The translations under genes were made by a program, and so were the position numbers. The notes below the pieces were generated by a model that saw only the letters and a program-made list of their open reading frames with translations, did not search any database and was not told the origin of the DNA. Shown here in pieces: positions 38,189-48,628 of a stretch of DNA of 64,000 nt. The stretch covers positions 62,001 to 126,000 of IMG/VR virus record IMGVR_UViG_3300037042_006844, one strand, 5' to 3'. How positions within the stretch are numbered: position 1 is the first letter of the stretch; the number at the start of each line of letters is the position of its first letter.

Positions 38189-38995
38189 ATGAAACGAGAT
38201 ATCGCCATATTCACCATAGTTAAAAACGAACCATATTTTCTTCCGAAATGGATCGAATATTATAGCAAATCGTTCGACAAACGCGACATGTATGTATTGG
38301 ACAACGAAAGCACAGACGGCAGCACCAACAATTTGTGCGTCAACGTTGAGAAAGTTATTACCGCCAGTGTAAACCCAAACAACCTCAATTACATTTGGAT
38401 AACTGACGTGGTCAAAGCACAATTTCAAAAGCTTTTGAACTCTTATAATTATGTTTTCTATGTTGACGTTGATGAATTCGTCATTTCCACCGAAACTCCA
38501 AATCTACGCAATTATTTGGACAGACAGATTGCCGAAGGCAGAAAATGCTTCATATCCAACGGTTGGTTTCTGATCCACTATCCCGAAAAAAACGAGATCG
38601 GTTTTGACTACAACAAATCAATGTTGAGTCAACGCCAATATGCGTATCAATTTAATCACTATGACAAGCCGTTTTGCGCAAACTACTTTTTGGATTTTGC
38701 CGCTGGGCAGCATTTTGCCCACACCGAACTTCCCTATTCCAGCACAAGACGCACCGACCCAGAAATATTATTGCTCCACGCCAAATTGTTTGATATGGAA
38801 TACAGCGTTAATCGCTATAAACAACAAATGCACATGTTTGACCAAATCGAGCCTGGAGTTTTTGACAACGACCACCATTGGATCATTAAAAAAGAGTATG
38901 ATTCGTTTTTAGATTATCATTACAAACATCGGTTTGATGATACCGTGGAGCATTTGGAACAGTTGTTGCATTACGATTACACAAACCTATTCTGA
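38189..38995 (+). CDS. glycosyltransferase family 2-like protein
   Basis: TIVKNE..FLPKWIEYY, DNESTDGST, VDVDEF. Confidence 0.88.
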   Translation: MKRDIAIFTIVKNEPYFLPKWIEYYSKSFDKRDMYVLDNESTDGSTNNLCVNVEKVITASVNPNNLNYIWITDVVKAQFQKLLNSYNYVFYVDVDEFVISTETPNLRNYLDRQIAEGRKCFISNGWFLIHYPEKNEIGFDYNKSMLSQRQYAYQFNHYDKPFCANYFLDFAAGQHFAHTELPYSSTRRTDPEILLLHAKLFDMEYSVNRYKQQMHMFDQIEPGVFDNDHHWIIKKEYDSFLDYHYKHRFDDTVEHLEQLLHYDYTNLF

Positions 38996-38999
38996 CCAC

Positions 39000-39794
39000 A
39001 TGAAAAAAGATGTCGCCATATTTACGATAGTCAAAAACGAACCCTACTTTCTTCCGAAGTGGATCAAATACTACAGTCAATTTTTTGATAAATGCGACAT
39101 GTCGGTTCTCGATGACGCGACCAATGATGGCAGCACCGACAATCTTGACATCGACGTAGTGAAACTGCCAATCCGCAGCAAACTTGATTACGGACAGAAC
39201 GGATTCTATATCAGAGAGCGGTTTGCGCAATTATTGGAAAGATACCATTACGTGTTCTGCACAGACGTAGATGAATTCATTACTCCGACTCACTCACCCA
39301 ATCTGAGGATGTATATTGACAACGAAATTTCTACAGGCAGAAACTGTTTTATTGCCACAGGATGGATAATTGTTCACTATCCAGAAAAAGGCGATTTCGC
39401 GTTTGATTATACAAAACCCATATTGAACCAACGGCAGAACGTCAATGATTCTCCGCCATACAATAAACCTTACGGTGCCAACTATGTTTTGAGCTACAAC
39501 ATTGGTCAACACACAGCATCCAATGAACAACCATATTCACAAGAACAGCGCAGTGATCCAAACGTCATTTTAATTCACGCCAAGTTATTTGACATGGATT
39601 TTAGCATCAATCGTTACCGCCACACATTCAGAACATACGATACCATATTGCCAACGGTCCCCGCAATAGAAAAAGATTTTGTTCTGCATGGCGAAGATGC
39701 CGAATTTATCAAATATCATTACACACAACGCTTCAATGGAACTGTGCGTAATTTGGATAAACTGTTGTATTTCGATTTCAAAAACATGTTCTAG
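39000..39794 (+). CDS. glycosyltransferase family 2-like protein (tandem paralog)
   Basis: same motifs. Confidence 0.88.
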   Translation: MKKDVAIFTIVKNEPYFLPKWIKYYSQFFDKCDMSVLDDATNDGSTDNLDIDVVKLPIRSKLDYGQNGFYIRERFAQLLERYHYVFCTDVDEFITPTHSPNLRMYIDNEISTGRNCFIATGWIIVHYPEKGDFAFDYTKPILNQRQNVNDSPPYNKPYGANYVLSYNIGQHTASNEQPYSQEQRSDPNVILIHAKLFDMDFSINRYRHTFRTYDTILPTVPAIEKDFVLHGEDAEFIKYHYTQRFNGTVRNLDKLLYFDFKNMF

Positions 39795-39797
39795 GCA

Positions 39798-39850
39798 GTG
39801 AACTACACCGACCCTAAAGGGATAGGGGTTTTACGCTCCCAAGATATAAA
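39798..39850 (-). mobile_element. miniature IS200/IS605-derived palindromic element (PATE-like)
   Basis: GTGAACTAC...hairpin...TTTTACGCTCCC..ATAAA, same ends as 16093-16337. Confidence 0.6.
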
Positions 39851-39894
39851 AAACCCCAGCCTTGCGACTGGGGTTTTGCGTCTAACACTTGTTG

Positions 39895-40914
39895 CTATTT
39901 ATCGTTGAGCAAATAGTTGTTGCTGATTGCTTTGAAACTGAAATTCTCGGTCAATCCTCGAACGACCACACCTTCACGATCTGCGTTTGGATTCAACATG
40001 CTTTTTCCATCTGCATACGCCAACATGTTGTCCACCAAAGCCTCGGCGGGTAATACATAAGCCCACTCCATGACTGGAACCATGTTCAACTTTAACGTTT
40101 CCAATGTATCTTTCAACTCGCTCACAGTCATTCTACGACCTTCGTCGATGTAATATCCCGTAAAGAAAAACACTGTGCGTTTGGCCAATCCGTATAAATT
40201 ACCTTGAATGCCTGGACCAACCAATTCACCTTGCAACGCAATGTTTTTACGCAACTCGGTCAACTTCCCTGGCATTTGTAGTTCATTTGCTGCTTGCCAG
40301 AACGCATTTCCCTCACTGGGTTTCAATTCGAGGTTTCGGCTGCATACTCCAAACTCACCGTTGCGAAAATATGCGGTAAAACTTGAACCGTCCAATTTTT
40401 CAGTAACATATGCATTTTGCCCCCGCAAATCAATCATACAATCACTTGCATAATTCTGAATACGTTCCTCGTCGGTCTTTGGAATAAAAGAAGGAAACCA
40501 TCCCTTTACTTCTCCAGACAATTGTGCTGGACCTCCAGCTTCGTATTTTATCACGTTCAATGCCACGGTTAAATCATCTCCCTCTTTTAGATTAGGAAGG
40601 CTCCAAGGCAGCGGAGTCAATAGACCTTGAGAAATTTGTCCACACAAACGAACAGTTTTCAAACGAAATCCCTCTTGTCCATTTGCCATTTTTTTGAAGC
40701 AACGTGCTCTCAAAAATTCAAATTGCGGCATTACTGGCAAAAAACTGTCGATCTCATAATAAACAGCAAGATCGCCCACGTTAAATTCATTCTTTTTGAC
40801 AACAACTTTCCATCCCTTGACAGTTGCTACAACAATAGCGTCAGCACCAACAATGGGTTGAATGTCGAGGATTTTAACTACACTGGCTAATTTACGTTCT
40901 GGTTCCATACACAT
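39895..40914 (-). CDS. ATP-dependent RNA ligase, DRB0094/Rnl5-like family
   Basis: RKLAS N-domain, YEIDS, KTDEERIQN, TEKLDGSS, QGELVGPGIQGN, EGVV, FKAISN. Confidence 0.92.
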   Translation of the reverse strand: MCMEPERKLASVVKILDIQPIVGADAIVVATVKGWKVVVKKNEFNVGDLAVYYEIDSFLPVMPQFEFLRARCFKKMANGQEGFRLKTVRLCGQISQGLLTPLPWSLPNLKEGDDLTVALNVIKYEAGGPAQLSGEVKGWFPSFIPKTDEERIQNYASDCMIDLRGQNAYVTEKLDGSSFTAYFRNGEFGVCSRNLELKPSEGNAFWQAANELQMPGKLTELRKNIALQGELVGPGIQGNLYGLAKRTVFFFTGYYIDEGRRMTVSELKDTLETLKLNMVPVMEWAYVLPAEALVDNMLAYADGKSMLNPNADREGVVVRGLTENFSFKAISNNYLLNDK

Positions 40915-40928
40915 AACAATTTTTTCTA

Positions 40929-41011
<83 letters not shown>

Positions 41012-41016
41012 GACTC

Positions 41017-41280
41017 TCAATGTTTCTTGCGTCGAAGATTTACATACTCTGGTGATGATGTGGCATACGCTATATCATCATTCAACTTTACAATTCTTAG
41101 TCCATTGCCAAAAAACATTGCGGCGGCGACTATAATATCCCACACGCTGTGCAAGATTTGCCCTTCCAGAAAATGATTAGCTGCCACAAATATTGCAAAT
41201 CCCGACATGATCACCACAACCCAACAATACCATCCACTATTGGTAATGTTCCTATATATCGTTAAAAGTTTTTTCACCAT
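41017..41280 (-). CDS. small membrane protein
   Basis: two hydrophobic helices. Confidence 0.5.
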   Translation of the reverse strand: MVKKLLTIYRNITNSGWYCWVVVIMSGFAIFVAANHFLEGQILHSVWDIIVAAAMFFGNGLRIVKLNDDIAYATSSPEYVNLRRKKH

Positions 41281-41312
41281 GACAATAATTATAAACCGCG
41301 ATGTTGAAAGTG

Positions 41313-41558
41313 TCAATCCAATTCCGTCTGTGTCTGATTTTTTCGAATGTATTGATGTCGAGCCAGGCCAAACATTATACACCCCAATATTATCATGTAT
41401 GCACAACCAACGTATTTACCCTCTTCGAATTTAGCACCCGCTGTGAAAAAGTCAAGAGTCCCCAAAAAAACCCCCAACCGCCCCACCCAAGGGTTTTCGA
41501 ATAATTTGGCTGCTGTTGCAACCACAACCGATATCCCACTTATAATCATCAATTTCAT
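41313..41558 (-). CDS. small membrane protein
   Basis: hydrophobic. Confidence 0.45.
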   Translation of the reverse strand: MKLMIISGISVVVATAAKLFENPWVGRLGVFLGTLDFFTAGAKFEEGKYVGCAYMIILGCIMFGLARHQYIRKNQTQTELD

Positions 41559-41596
41559 GCAGTTCCCCCTTATTATTATTAGTATTATTAGTATTA

Positions 41597-41782
41597 TTAA
41601 GCCCCATTATTATTATTATCATTCCCATCTACATATACCATTGCTATGACTGCTCCTGTGAGCAACATGCACGTTGGTATGGTTGGATGAGGACTCACTG
41701 ACGCAATGAAATATGCTCCAGCCGAGGTCAACACCGCCAAATACATTCTGCAACACAACTCCAATATATACTTACGGTTCAT
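41597..41782 (-). CDS. small membrane protein
   Basis: hydrophobic. Confidence 0.45.
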   Translation of the reverse strand: MNRKYILELCCRMYLAVLTSAGAYFIASVSPHPTIPTCMLLTGAVIAMVYVDGNDNNNNGA

Positions 41783-41799
41783 ACAATTAAATAGCTATC

Positions 41800-42108
41800 T
41801 TAATCACCATCGACATCATAATTATGTTTGGCTGGAAACAGACTCTCCACCAATTCGTTGTGTTGTTGCTGCAACACAGACATTTTTGCAGCAATGATCT
41901 CCATGTCTTTCAAAATTTTGGCGTGACGGATTCCTTTTTTGGAATTGGCTTTGTAAATTGTGGTATAAACAAATCCGCCTGAAGTTCCGATCATGGGGTT
42001 GAAACAATTTATGGTCGAGTCCAACAGTTCTTCCACCGTCATTTCGCACATGCCCCAGAATGAATCGGCAACATAAACTTTATCTCCAACTTTATATTTT
42101 TTGTTCAT
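41800..42108 (-). CDS. hypothetical protein
   Basis: KYKVGDKVYV SH3-like start. Confidence 0.55.
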   Translation of the reverse strand: MNKKYKVGDKVYVADSFWGMCEMTVEELLDSTINCFNPMIGTSGGFVYTTIYKANSKKGIRHAKILKDMEIIAAKMSVLQQQHNELVESLFPAKHNYDVDGD

Positions 42109-42492
42109 ATGTTATGGTCCGTGGCTATTGTGTTCGTCGTGATAAAAATCAACATCAATATCGTTTGGTATGCTGAGTTTGTCAAACAGTTTTTTAAGAA
42201 ATTTCGCGGATATTGTAATTAGTAGTGTGACGATCAACCAAGGCCAACAAAACATCGCCTCCACGCCATCTAATGGAGCATAAAATCTGTTGATGAGTAT
42301 TGCGAATAATACCCCGATCAAAAAATAGACTATGATAATTGCTGTCAGTCCCATTGCCAGTTTTGCTAGTTCAATCAAAAACACACTCATTCGTCGTCTT
42401 TCATTAGGTATTGAATCACCGATATCATTATTATTGTAGTAAAAAACAGAACGACACACAAACCCATGTCGGTCATGTCGGTATTTTCGGAA

Positions 42493-42729
42493 TTAAAATT
42501 CATCGTCATCCTTTGCAGCCGCTTTTCTGGATTTATCGTCGTCCTTCTTGCCGCATTTATATTCGAAAATGCTAAATGCCTCTTTAGCGTTTCTGCCATG
42601 CGCCCAATCGTCCATGCTGCAATTGGGTCTTGGATTTTTGCAATATATAGTCACCCCATCGGTGGGGTCGTATCTTTGACCAGTGACGATTGTGAGATCG
42701 CCTTTGCAATTTGGACACTTGTATTTCAT
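42493..42729 (-). CDS. small Zn-ribbon protein
   Basis: CPNC...CKNPRPNC. Confidence 0.55.
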   Translation of the reverse strand: MKYKCPNCKGDLTIVTGQRYDPTDGVTIYCKNPRPNCSMDDWAHGRNAKEAFSIFEYKCGKKDDDKSRKAAAKDDDEF

Positions 42730-42960
42730 ATGTTATTATGATACCATCTATTTCAGTTTTGTCAACGACTTGCGTCCCACAACATATACCCGCCCAAAAA
42801 TACAGCGATGGGTCCAAGCAATATGGTGTATAACATGCGGGTTCGTATCTGTGGATCGTGTGAACCGTTGTATATTTTATATGCATGTATGATTATAAAA
42901 TATCCGCACAAACCCATTGTGCCATGCAGCCATAAATATTGTGCAATGTTCATATGTTTT

Positions 42961-43344
42961 TCAATCGCTGTGATCTGTGTCAGTCCACCAACTTTTGGAA
43001 CTACCTGCTATAAAACTTTCGGTTGTTGGATAGTAAACGTCCATAACATGTTTTGCATGGTTCATTTGTTTCCATGGAACTTTTGAACATTTGCTTCGAA
43101 GGTCGTCCAACTCGCCGAGAAGCCGTTTTTCGTTGAGGGCATCCACAATCAATTTAACATCGGCAACGTTCTCTTCGAACTCACAATAACCATTGATCAA
43201 TCTTTTTGGTATGGACTGTCCCACTATTTTTTCGTATACACAATACTCTTTGCCTCCGAGGGTGTCTGGCAGGTCGTCAAACTCGGCGAAATACCACGGT
43301 AATGATGACTCCTCCCCAACGGGATATGTTGTTGTTTTGCTCAT
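42961..43344 (-). CDS. hypothetical protein
   Basis: ORF in operon. Confidence 0.5.
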   Translation of the reverse strand: MSKTTTYPVGEESSLPWYFAEFDDLPDTLGGKEYCVYEKIVGQSIPKRLINGYCEFEENVADVKLIVDALNEKRLLGELDDLRSKCSKVPWKQMNHAKHVMDVYYPTTESFIAGSSKSWWTDTDHSD

Positions 43345-43581
43345 AAATCTGTTTTGCTGCTTAATTTAATGTATAAATATCTGGCGATCAATGCTATGAA
43401 TGCCGCCAAAACAAGTTCTGATGCCCACCACATTTTCCAAGAAAACGCCACGGTCAATGCTGGACACGCAAAGTTCCAAGCTTGCGTAACCAAATATGGC
43501 AGAAATGCGGCTACGAAAAGTCCAATAATTGCAACGCCAGCGATTATTGCGGCTAGTATCAATAAACTCGTTATCATAACA

Positions 43582-43905
43582 TTAAATATGTTTGAAGACT
43601 TCATTTTCTGCTTTTTTCCAAACTCTGGCTTGGTTGATCGCCAATTTTGCTTCGGCAAACCGCAACAAATCATCGGTGTTGAAACCGTTTCTTCGTGCAG
43701 CATCCATGAGCAATAGATAACAATCAGCCCATTCCATGATGTCATTGGGACTGTCAATCAATTCCTGCACTTCTTCTTTCAGATGATGCAGTGGACCGAG
43801 ACATCCCCTTTCAGCGGGTGTTCCAAATGCTTTGGACGAAAATTCAAAATATCGTTGCCAAAATTCGTTGTATTTTTCGAGGTCGCTAAGTTGTGGTGAG
43901 TTCAT
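43582..43905 (-). CDS. dATP/dGTP pyrophosphohydrolase-like protein (DUF550, MazG-like)
   Basis: FG...GPLHHLKEEVQE...EWAD...DAARR.G...KLAINQARVW. Confidence 0.8.
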   Translation of the reverse strand: MNSPQLSDLEKYNEFWQRYFEFSSKAFGTPAERGCLGPLHHLKEEVQELIDSPNDIMEWADCYLLLMDAARRNGFNTDDLLRFAEAKLAINQARVWKKAENEVFKHI

Positions 43906-44114
43906 GTTTGTCCTACTAAATATCGTTGTCCTCGTTTCCAACCACTGGGATTATCAAGTTGAGGGCATCCCAAATTTTCATTTTCCACTTTGGTTTTGCC
44001 ATGTCCAATAATATTGGAATAACCACCACTGTCTGCTTCGTATAATACTACTTTCTAACGAAGTTCCTCTGGTGTCATTTTATTTAATGCTTTCAATAAT
44101 GCGTTGTATGTCAT
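43902..44114 (-). pseudogene. 70-codon gene with in-frame TAG at codon 20
   Basis: MTYNALLKALNKMTPEELR*KVVLYEAD...; frame ends in ATGA overlap with next gene. Confidence 0.6.
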
Positions 44115-44376
44115 AGGTTTTTATGTTATGCTTTTTCTTTTGGTGGCCCCGGAAACCTGTTTATATGCCAAAAATTTGTGATGGGACTCTCAATCAATTC
44201 AGTTTGACAATCCAGCAACATTCCAGCTACGATATCCCTGTAGATTTCACTTCGATCACATAGTGGTTGTTCGGGCATTTCAAGCCGATTCATGCGATCC
44301 AAAACATCTTCCAACACAGCAATCTTCACGGTCAATTCAGTATAATTAGACATATATATGTGAAAAAAGAAAACGG

Positions 44377-44793
44377 TCAGCCCCAAATATCACTGTAATA
44401 CAGTCCCAAATAACGCAGTCCCATCCTGTATCTATTTTCCCAAGCAGTCACCTGAGCAGCATATTCATCATAGTCACTGGATATACGACTCGGAATTTTA
44501 TTCCATAGTGCCTCACCAGTGTCATATGCCAATGCAAATTGAATATGTTCAAGAATGATTCTCCATTCATCAATGGTCATGGTTCCATCAATCTCTCCTG
44601 TAAAGTTCAGATTGCGCAATGGTGGAATGTGGGTGCTGATGCCAAGATTTTCAATAAGATATGTCACCCTGGGCAACATATATACACTGAATTGAACGTG
44701 CAATCCATACATGTCCATGCGATTGCATCCATATTTCCATCGGTCATATATCAAACTTCGAAACAAATTTTTCATAGCTCTAGGTATCATCAT
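44377..44793 (-). CDS. hypothetical protein
   Basis: conserved-looking C-terminus GLRYLGLYYSDIW. Confidence 0.6.
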   Translation of the reverse strand: MMIPRAMKNLFRSLIYDRWKYGCNRMDMYGLHVQFSVYMLPRVTYLIENLGISTHIPPLRNLNFTGEIDGTMTIDEWRIILEHIQFALAYDTGEALWNKIPSRISSDYDEYAAQVTAWENRYRMGLRYLGLYYSDIWG

Positions 44794-44854
44794 GTTATAA
44801 CAACCATGTTACCATCCAAATCACAGAATGTCAATGACCCTCAACAGGAATAGG

Positions 44855-45310
44855 AATAAAATAGGAACAGCATTGACGGCTTTGATGGACAAATAAATAA
44901 AATAGGAACAGCATTGACGGCTTTGATGGATATGCTCATTGATGGATATGCGAAATCGATCATGAAAATGCCGCCACAGTGTTAAATTGAAAAATCCCAT
45001 AAATGAAACAAAAAGTATGTGTCCAAATCATTGATTTCACACAAGCCAACAATGAGCATGTGTCTGTCAAAGCCAGCAATGAGCATGTGTTGATTCAAAG
45101 CCCATCACAATGAGCATATGTTGATTCAAAGCCCAAAAACTGCCATGTGTCTGTCAAAGCCCATCACAATGAGCATATGTTGATTCAAAGCCCAAAAACT
45201 GCCATGTGTCTGTCAAAGCCCATCACAATGAGCATATGTTGATTCAAAGCCCATCACAATGAGCATATGTTGATTCAAAGCCCAAAAACTGCCATGTGTG
45301 CTAGAAAGCT
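44855..45310. repeat. direct-repeat block (35-bp x2, then ~9 tandem 27-31-bp units)
   Basis: units AAGCCCATCACAATGAGCATATGTTGATTCA and AAGCCCAAAAACTGCCATGTGTCTGTCA. Confidence 0.9.
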
Positions 45311-45528
45311 CTCGCGGGCAGGGGTCGAGACCCGGCCTGCCATGTTCAGAACCACTTGACGGGAGTCCCCCTACCCCCTCCCCCCCATACTTGGCGTTTT
45401 GAGGCAGGGATATATACCCCCACCCCCGTCAAGTGTATAAACTGGGCAGGGGTGCGGCATACCCCTACCCGTTGTGAGTTTATATTGGCACTGCCCCCAC
45501 AGCTTGTGTGCCAAGTGGCTGGGACTCT

Positions 45529-46062
45529 CTATGCCCACTCACTGAAGAAGCATTCCTTGCCGTCCCAAGGGTGAGCACTGCTGTAGCTGGTGAGGCGGAA
45601 GAACACGCGGTTGTCGAGCGTCAAGTTAATCTTGTATTGCTCCCCCTCGCCCAAAGTGCTCGGGTTTGGCAGCACCGGCATGGTGTAACCGCTCATCGCT
45701 CCATCGCGATGCGTAGTTCTGGCTGGCAGCTTCGCCAGCCGTGCCGTCTTGTCGGTGAGCTTGATCACCATGTAGAAGTCGATGTTGGTCTGGTCGTAGC
45801 CCCATGAGCAGACGAACACATCGCCCACCTTGACGTTGGGCTTGGGCGGGGTCGCGAGGGTGCAACTGTCAATGGGGATCTCGCGGGTATACATCAGATC
45901 GCGAGCGAACACCCGCAACTTGCCCGGGCTTTTGCTGCCAGCGTAGGTGATGACATAGACCGTGTCGCTCGGCATCACAACGTCGCCATACGCGTTGACG
46001 GTGGTGGTGGTGGTGACGAACTGACCCTTGCGGAAGGACTTGGTGGCTGTGTTTGTATTCAT
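45529..46062 (-). CDS. early hypothetical protein
   Basis: SWGYDQTNIDFYMV motif; own promoter. Confidence 0.7.
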   Translation of the reverse strand: MNTNTATKSFRKGQFVTTTTTVNAYGDVVMPSDTVYVITYAGSKSPGKLRVFARDLMYTREIPIDSCTLATPPKPNVKVGDVFVCSWGYDQTNIDFYMVIKLTDKTARLAKLPARTTHRDGAMSGYTMPVLPNPSTLGEGEQYKINLTLDNRVFFRLTSYSSAHPWDGKECFFSEWA

Positions 46063-46183
46063 ATCAATATTGTAGCACCCTTTTTATAGAAGTCAAGGGC
46101 TATCTGTCGTGGCCAAAAACCCACACTCTGCGGAATGTGGGGTCTGCTCGGTCTATACGATGTATCTATTACTATTAATACTA

Positions 46184-46387
46184 CTACTCGATGCGGACGC
46201 TGCGGTTTGCAGCAAAGTCAAACCGATAATTGACGGGGTCGGTGCTCTCGGCGGCTCGACCCGCATCAGGAACCCACCAGCGGCTCAGTAGCTCGTCTGC
46301 TGCTGCCGCTGCCTCTGCCTCGGTCGCAAAGCGCAGACCGTTGGTTGACCATTTGCCCTCTACCAGAACTTCGATTTTGTAGCTCAT
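46184..46387 (-). CDS. early hypothetical protein
   Basis: NGLRFATEAEA; own promoter. Confidence 0.65.
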   Translation of the reverse strand: MSYKIEVLVEGKWSTNGLRFATEAEAAAAADELLSRWWVPDAGRAAESTDPVNYRFDFAANRSVRIE

Positions 46388-46427
46388 TGTGTTAAGATTA
46401 TATCAGAAATGCCCGGGGTTGTCAAGC

Positions 46428-46619
46428 TCAGTCCACCTTGCCGCTGGCGTTGCGGATTTCAATGAACCGCTCATAGCTGTCCCACAGATCGGGAAATGCA
46501 GCCTTGAGGCGAGCGTAGTTGATGCTGTCAGCCGCCAATGCGGCCTGCGCGATGTTGGATGCGAATGAACCGCCATAACGCTTCATTGCCTTGAGGATTT
46601 TGATGTCGTGATCAGTCAT
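46428..46619 (-). CDS. early hypothetical protein
   Basis: YGGSFA...AD..N..RLKAAFPDLW. Confidence 0.7.
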   Translation of the reverse strand: MTDHDIKILKAMKRYGGSFASNIAQAALAADSINYARLKAAFPDLWDSYERFIEIRNASGKVD

Positions 46620-47013
46620 AAAATTGAATGGTTGCGCTGCCGTGTGGGGCAGCAGTGCCGTATTATTCCACCTCGGCGGGGTTGAGGATGCGGCTGATGG
46701 CGTGACGGGTCAACCCGTCGATGCCGTTGCCCTTGGTGCGCTTGTCACCAGCCGCGATGGCGTTGGCGACCAGGAACGCCGCGCTCTTGCCCTTGCAAGC
46801 CACGATCACCGTGTTGCTGCCGACCGCGAAGTGCCACTTGCGGCTCGCGGGCTTGAAGGTGACGTTGCCGACCGTGTAGGTTTTCGTAATGTTCATCGTG
46901 GTAATAGAATAACATACCCAGGAGCACAAGTCAACAGCTTTCGATAAAAAGTTACGAATATTTGAAACTAACTTGACCTCGCTGTGGCCACAGCTTCCTA
47001 GTTATATACGTAT

Positions 47014-47775
47014 ATGATATCCGCAATCTGTTGTATTTCTGATCGCCCTGATGATTTGTTGCCACACTTTTTCAAACACTATGTCAGCATGGGTGTTGAG
47101 CGTTTTTATTTTGGTATATACGGAGCAGAAAACAATGACATCTGGCGTAGTGTTCAGCGTTATGCTGGCGATTTGGATGTTCGATTGACCAAGTTATATA
47201 CCACATTGTTCTTTGATTCGGTTGCGGAATCGACATTCAAAACTGAAATATCGGCGCAGTTGCATCATCCATTATACAAAAATAGCTGGTATGTGCCAGT
47301 TGATATTGACGAGCTTCATACCATTGACGGCTATAATTGCTATCAGCATTTGACAGAAGATGTGCAGTCTGAAGGTGCTGATTATGTTAATGCTTGGATG
47401 TATGATCGTATTGCGAGTGACGGCAGCATTCCAGCCGCGATTCGACCCGACATTTCAATATGGGATCAGTTTCCACACTGTGATCAAATCAGTGTGAAAA
47501 TTCTTGAGGGAAAATCCTGTGTCAGCAAAGTGATGTTGGCAAAAACACCCATTCCAGTTCGATTGGGGCATCATGCTCCAGGACATATGGGAACCGAGGA
47601 TTTATATCGGAAATTCAGCCAAGAAGGTGTCACCCATCATTTCAAATGGTTCGGTAATGTTCAGCAACGAGAAGTATTCAAGTATGAATCGAACATCACC
47701 TACAATTTTACTTGGACGTGGGAACACCAGCGGGTGATTGACCACATTGCTGCTCGCGGTGGCCGGATGTTCTGA
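47014..47775 (+). CDS. glycosyltransferase family 2-like protein
   Basis: paralog of 24722/26231 genes: PHFFKHY, VDIDE, HHFKWFG. Confidence 0.8.
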   Translation: MISAICCISDRPDDLLPHFFKHYVSMGVERFYFGIYGAENNDIWRSVQRYAGDLDVRLTKLYTTLFFDSVAESTFKTEISAQLHHPLYKNSWYVPVDIDELHTIDGYNCYQHLTEDVQSEGADYVNAWMYDRIASDGSIPAAIRPDISIWDQFPHCDQISVKILEGKSCVSKVMLAKTPIPVRLGHHAPGHMGTEDLYRKFSQEGVTHHFKWFGNVQQREVFKYESNITYNFTWTWEHQRVIDHIAARGGRMF

Positions 47776-48402
47776 ATATATGTTCAGACCAGTTTGAAAA
47801 AAATGCCCGAATGGATCGTGGAGACAGATTACATGTTTCCGACTTCCGCGATGAGTCCCAACAGTTCATAGGGAATTAAACAGGACTCGCTAAACAGCTA
47901 AAACAACCATTATTTCCCATTGATTAGCCCATTCGGTAAATCAATTTAGCTGGCAGTAATCCATCTGGTGTATGTATTACATTTATGACGTATGGTGAAT
48001 TTCGGATTCCAGCCGAACTCAGTCCTCTAGCGTCTATTACCAGCCAAAGCCAAAAATTAAATTTGAGGATTTCACGCTTTATTCGTTCCGAATGAAGGGC
48101 TTTGACCCATATACCCCACTGGAGGGCGGGTGCTTTAGATTTAAGCTACATCGTCTATCTCAAAAAAATTGGTGGATGCTATCGTGACCCTTACGCCGGA
48201 TTTTTACCGGAGCAACATAATCTAACCCGTGGCAAAACGGAGATAACCTATGCTGCTACTCAAAGAAGGATCTGTGGTTTGCAATCACTTAGCCTTCTAA
48301 AAAATCAATATAGAGCTTTTCAACCCGCCCACTGAAGGGCTATGCTTAATCTTACATCACGCAAGGAATCACCCCTGGTGAAAGAGGCTCTATAAAATTG
48401 AA

Positions 48403-48473
48403 TGATGTCGGTGGGACTCGAACCCACATCAAGCCCTTGAACGGGCTTCTCTACCATTGAGCTACACACATCA
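48403..48473 (-). ncRNA. tRNA-like RNA, 6-nt anticodon loop, no CCA
   Basis: canonical D and T arms, arm AAGCCC-GTTCAA-GGGCTT. Confidence 0.5.
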
Positions 48474-48478
48474 AAAAA

Positions 48479-48554
48479 TGGTGGGAACATCGGGACTCGA
48501 ACCCGAAACCAATAGCTTAAAAGGCTACTGCTCTACCAATTGAGCTATATTCCC
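48479..48554 (-). tRNA. tRNA-Lys(TTT)
   Basis: canonical cloverleaf, CCA. Confidence 0.95.
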
Positions 48555-48628
48555 AAAATCGTATCAGTGAAACGAAGTGTCCCGAACTGTTGGCTTACAA
48601 TTTCACCGAAATTTCAAAAGAACAAAAA

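Noticed and set aside
45043-45310. CRISPR array
   Set aside because: Units are contiguous and recur; no unique spacers and no cas genes.
47948-48045. Hammerhead ribozyme
   Set aside because: CTGAG...CGAAA present but lacks the CUGANGA core and required stems.
48403-48473. Opal suppressor/Sec tRNA (TCA)
   Set aside because: 6-nt loop, irregular acceptor, no CCA, no long arm.
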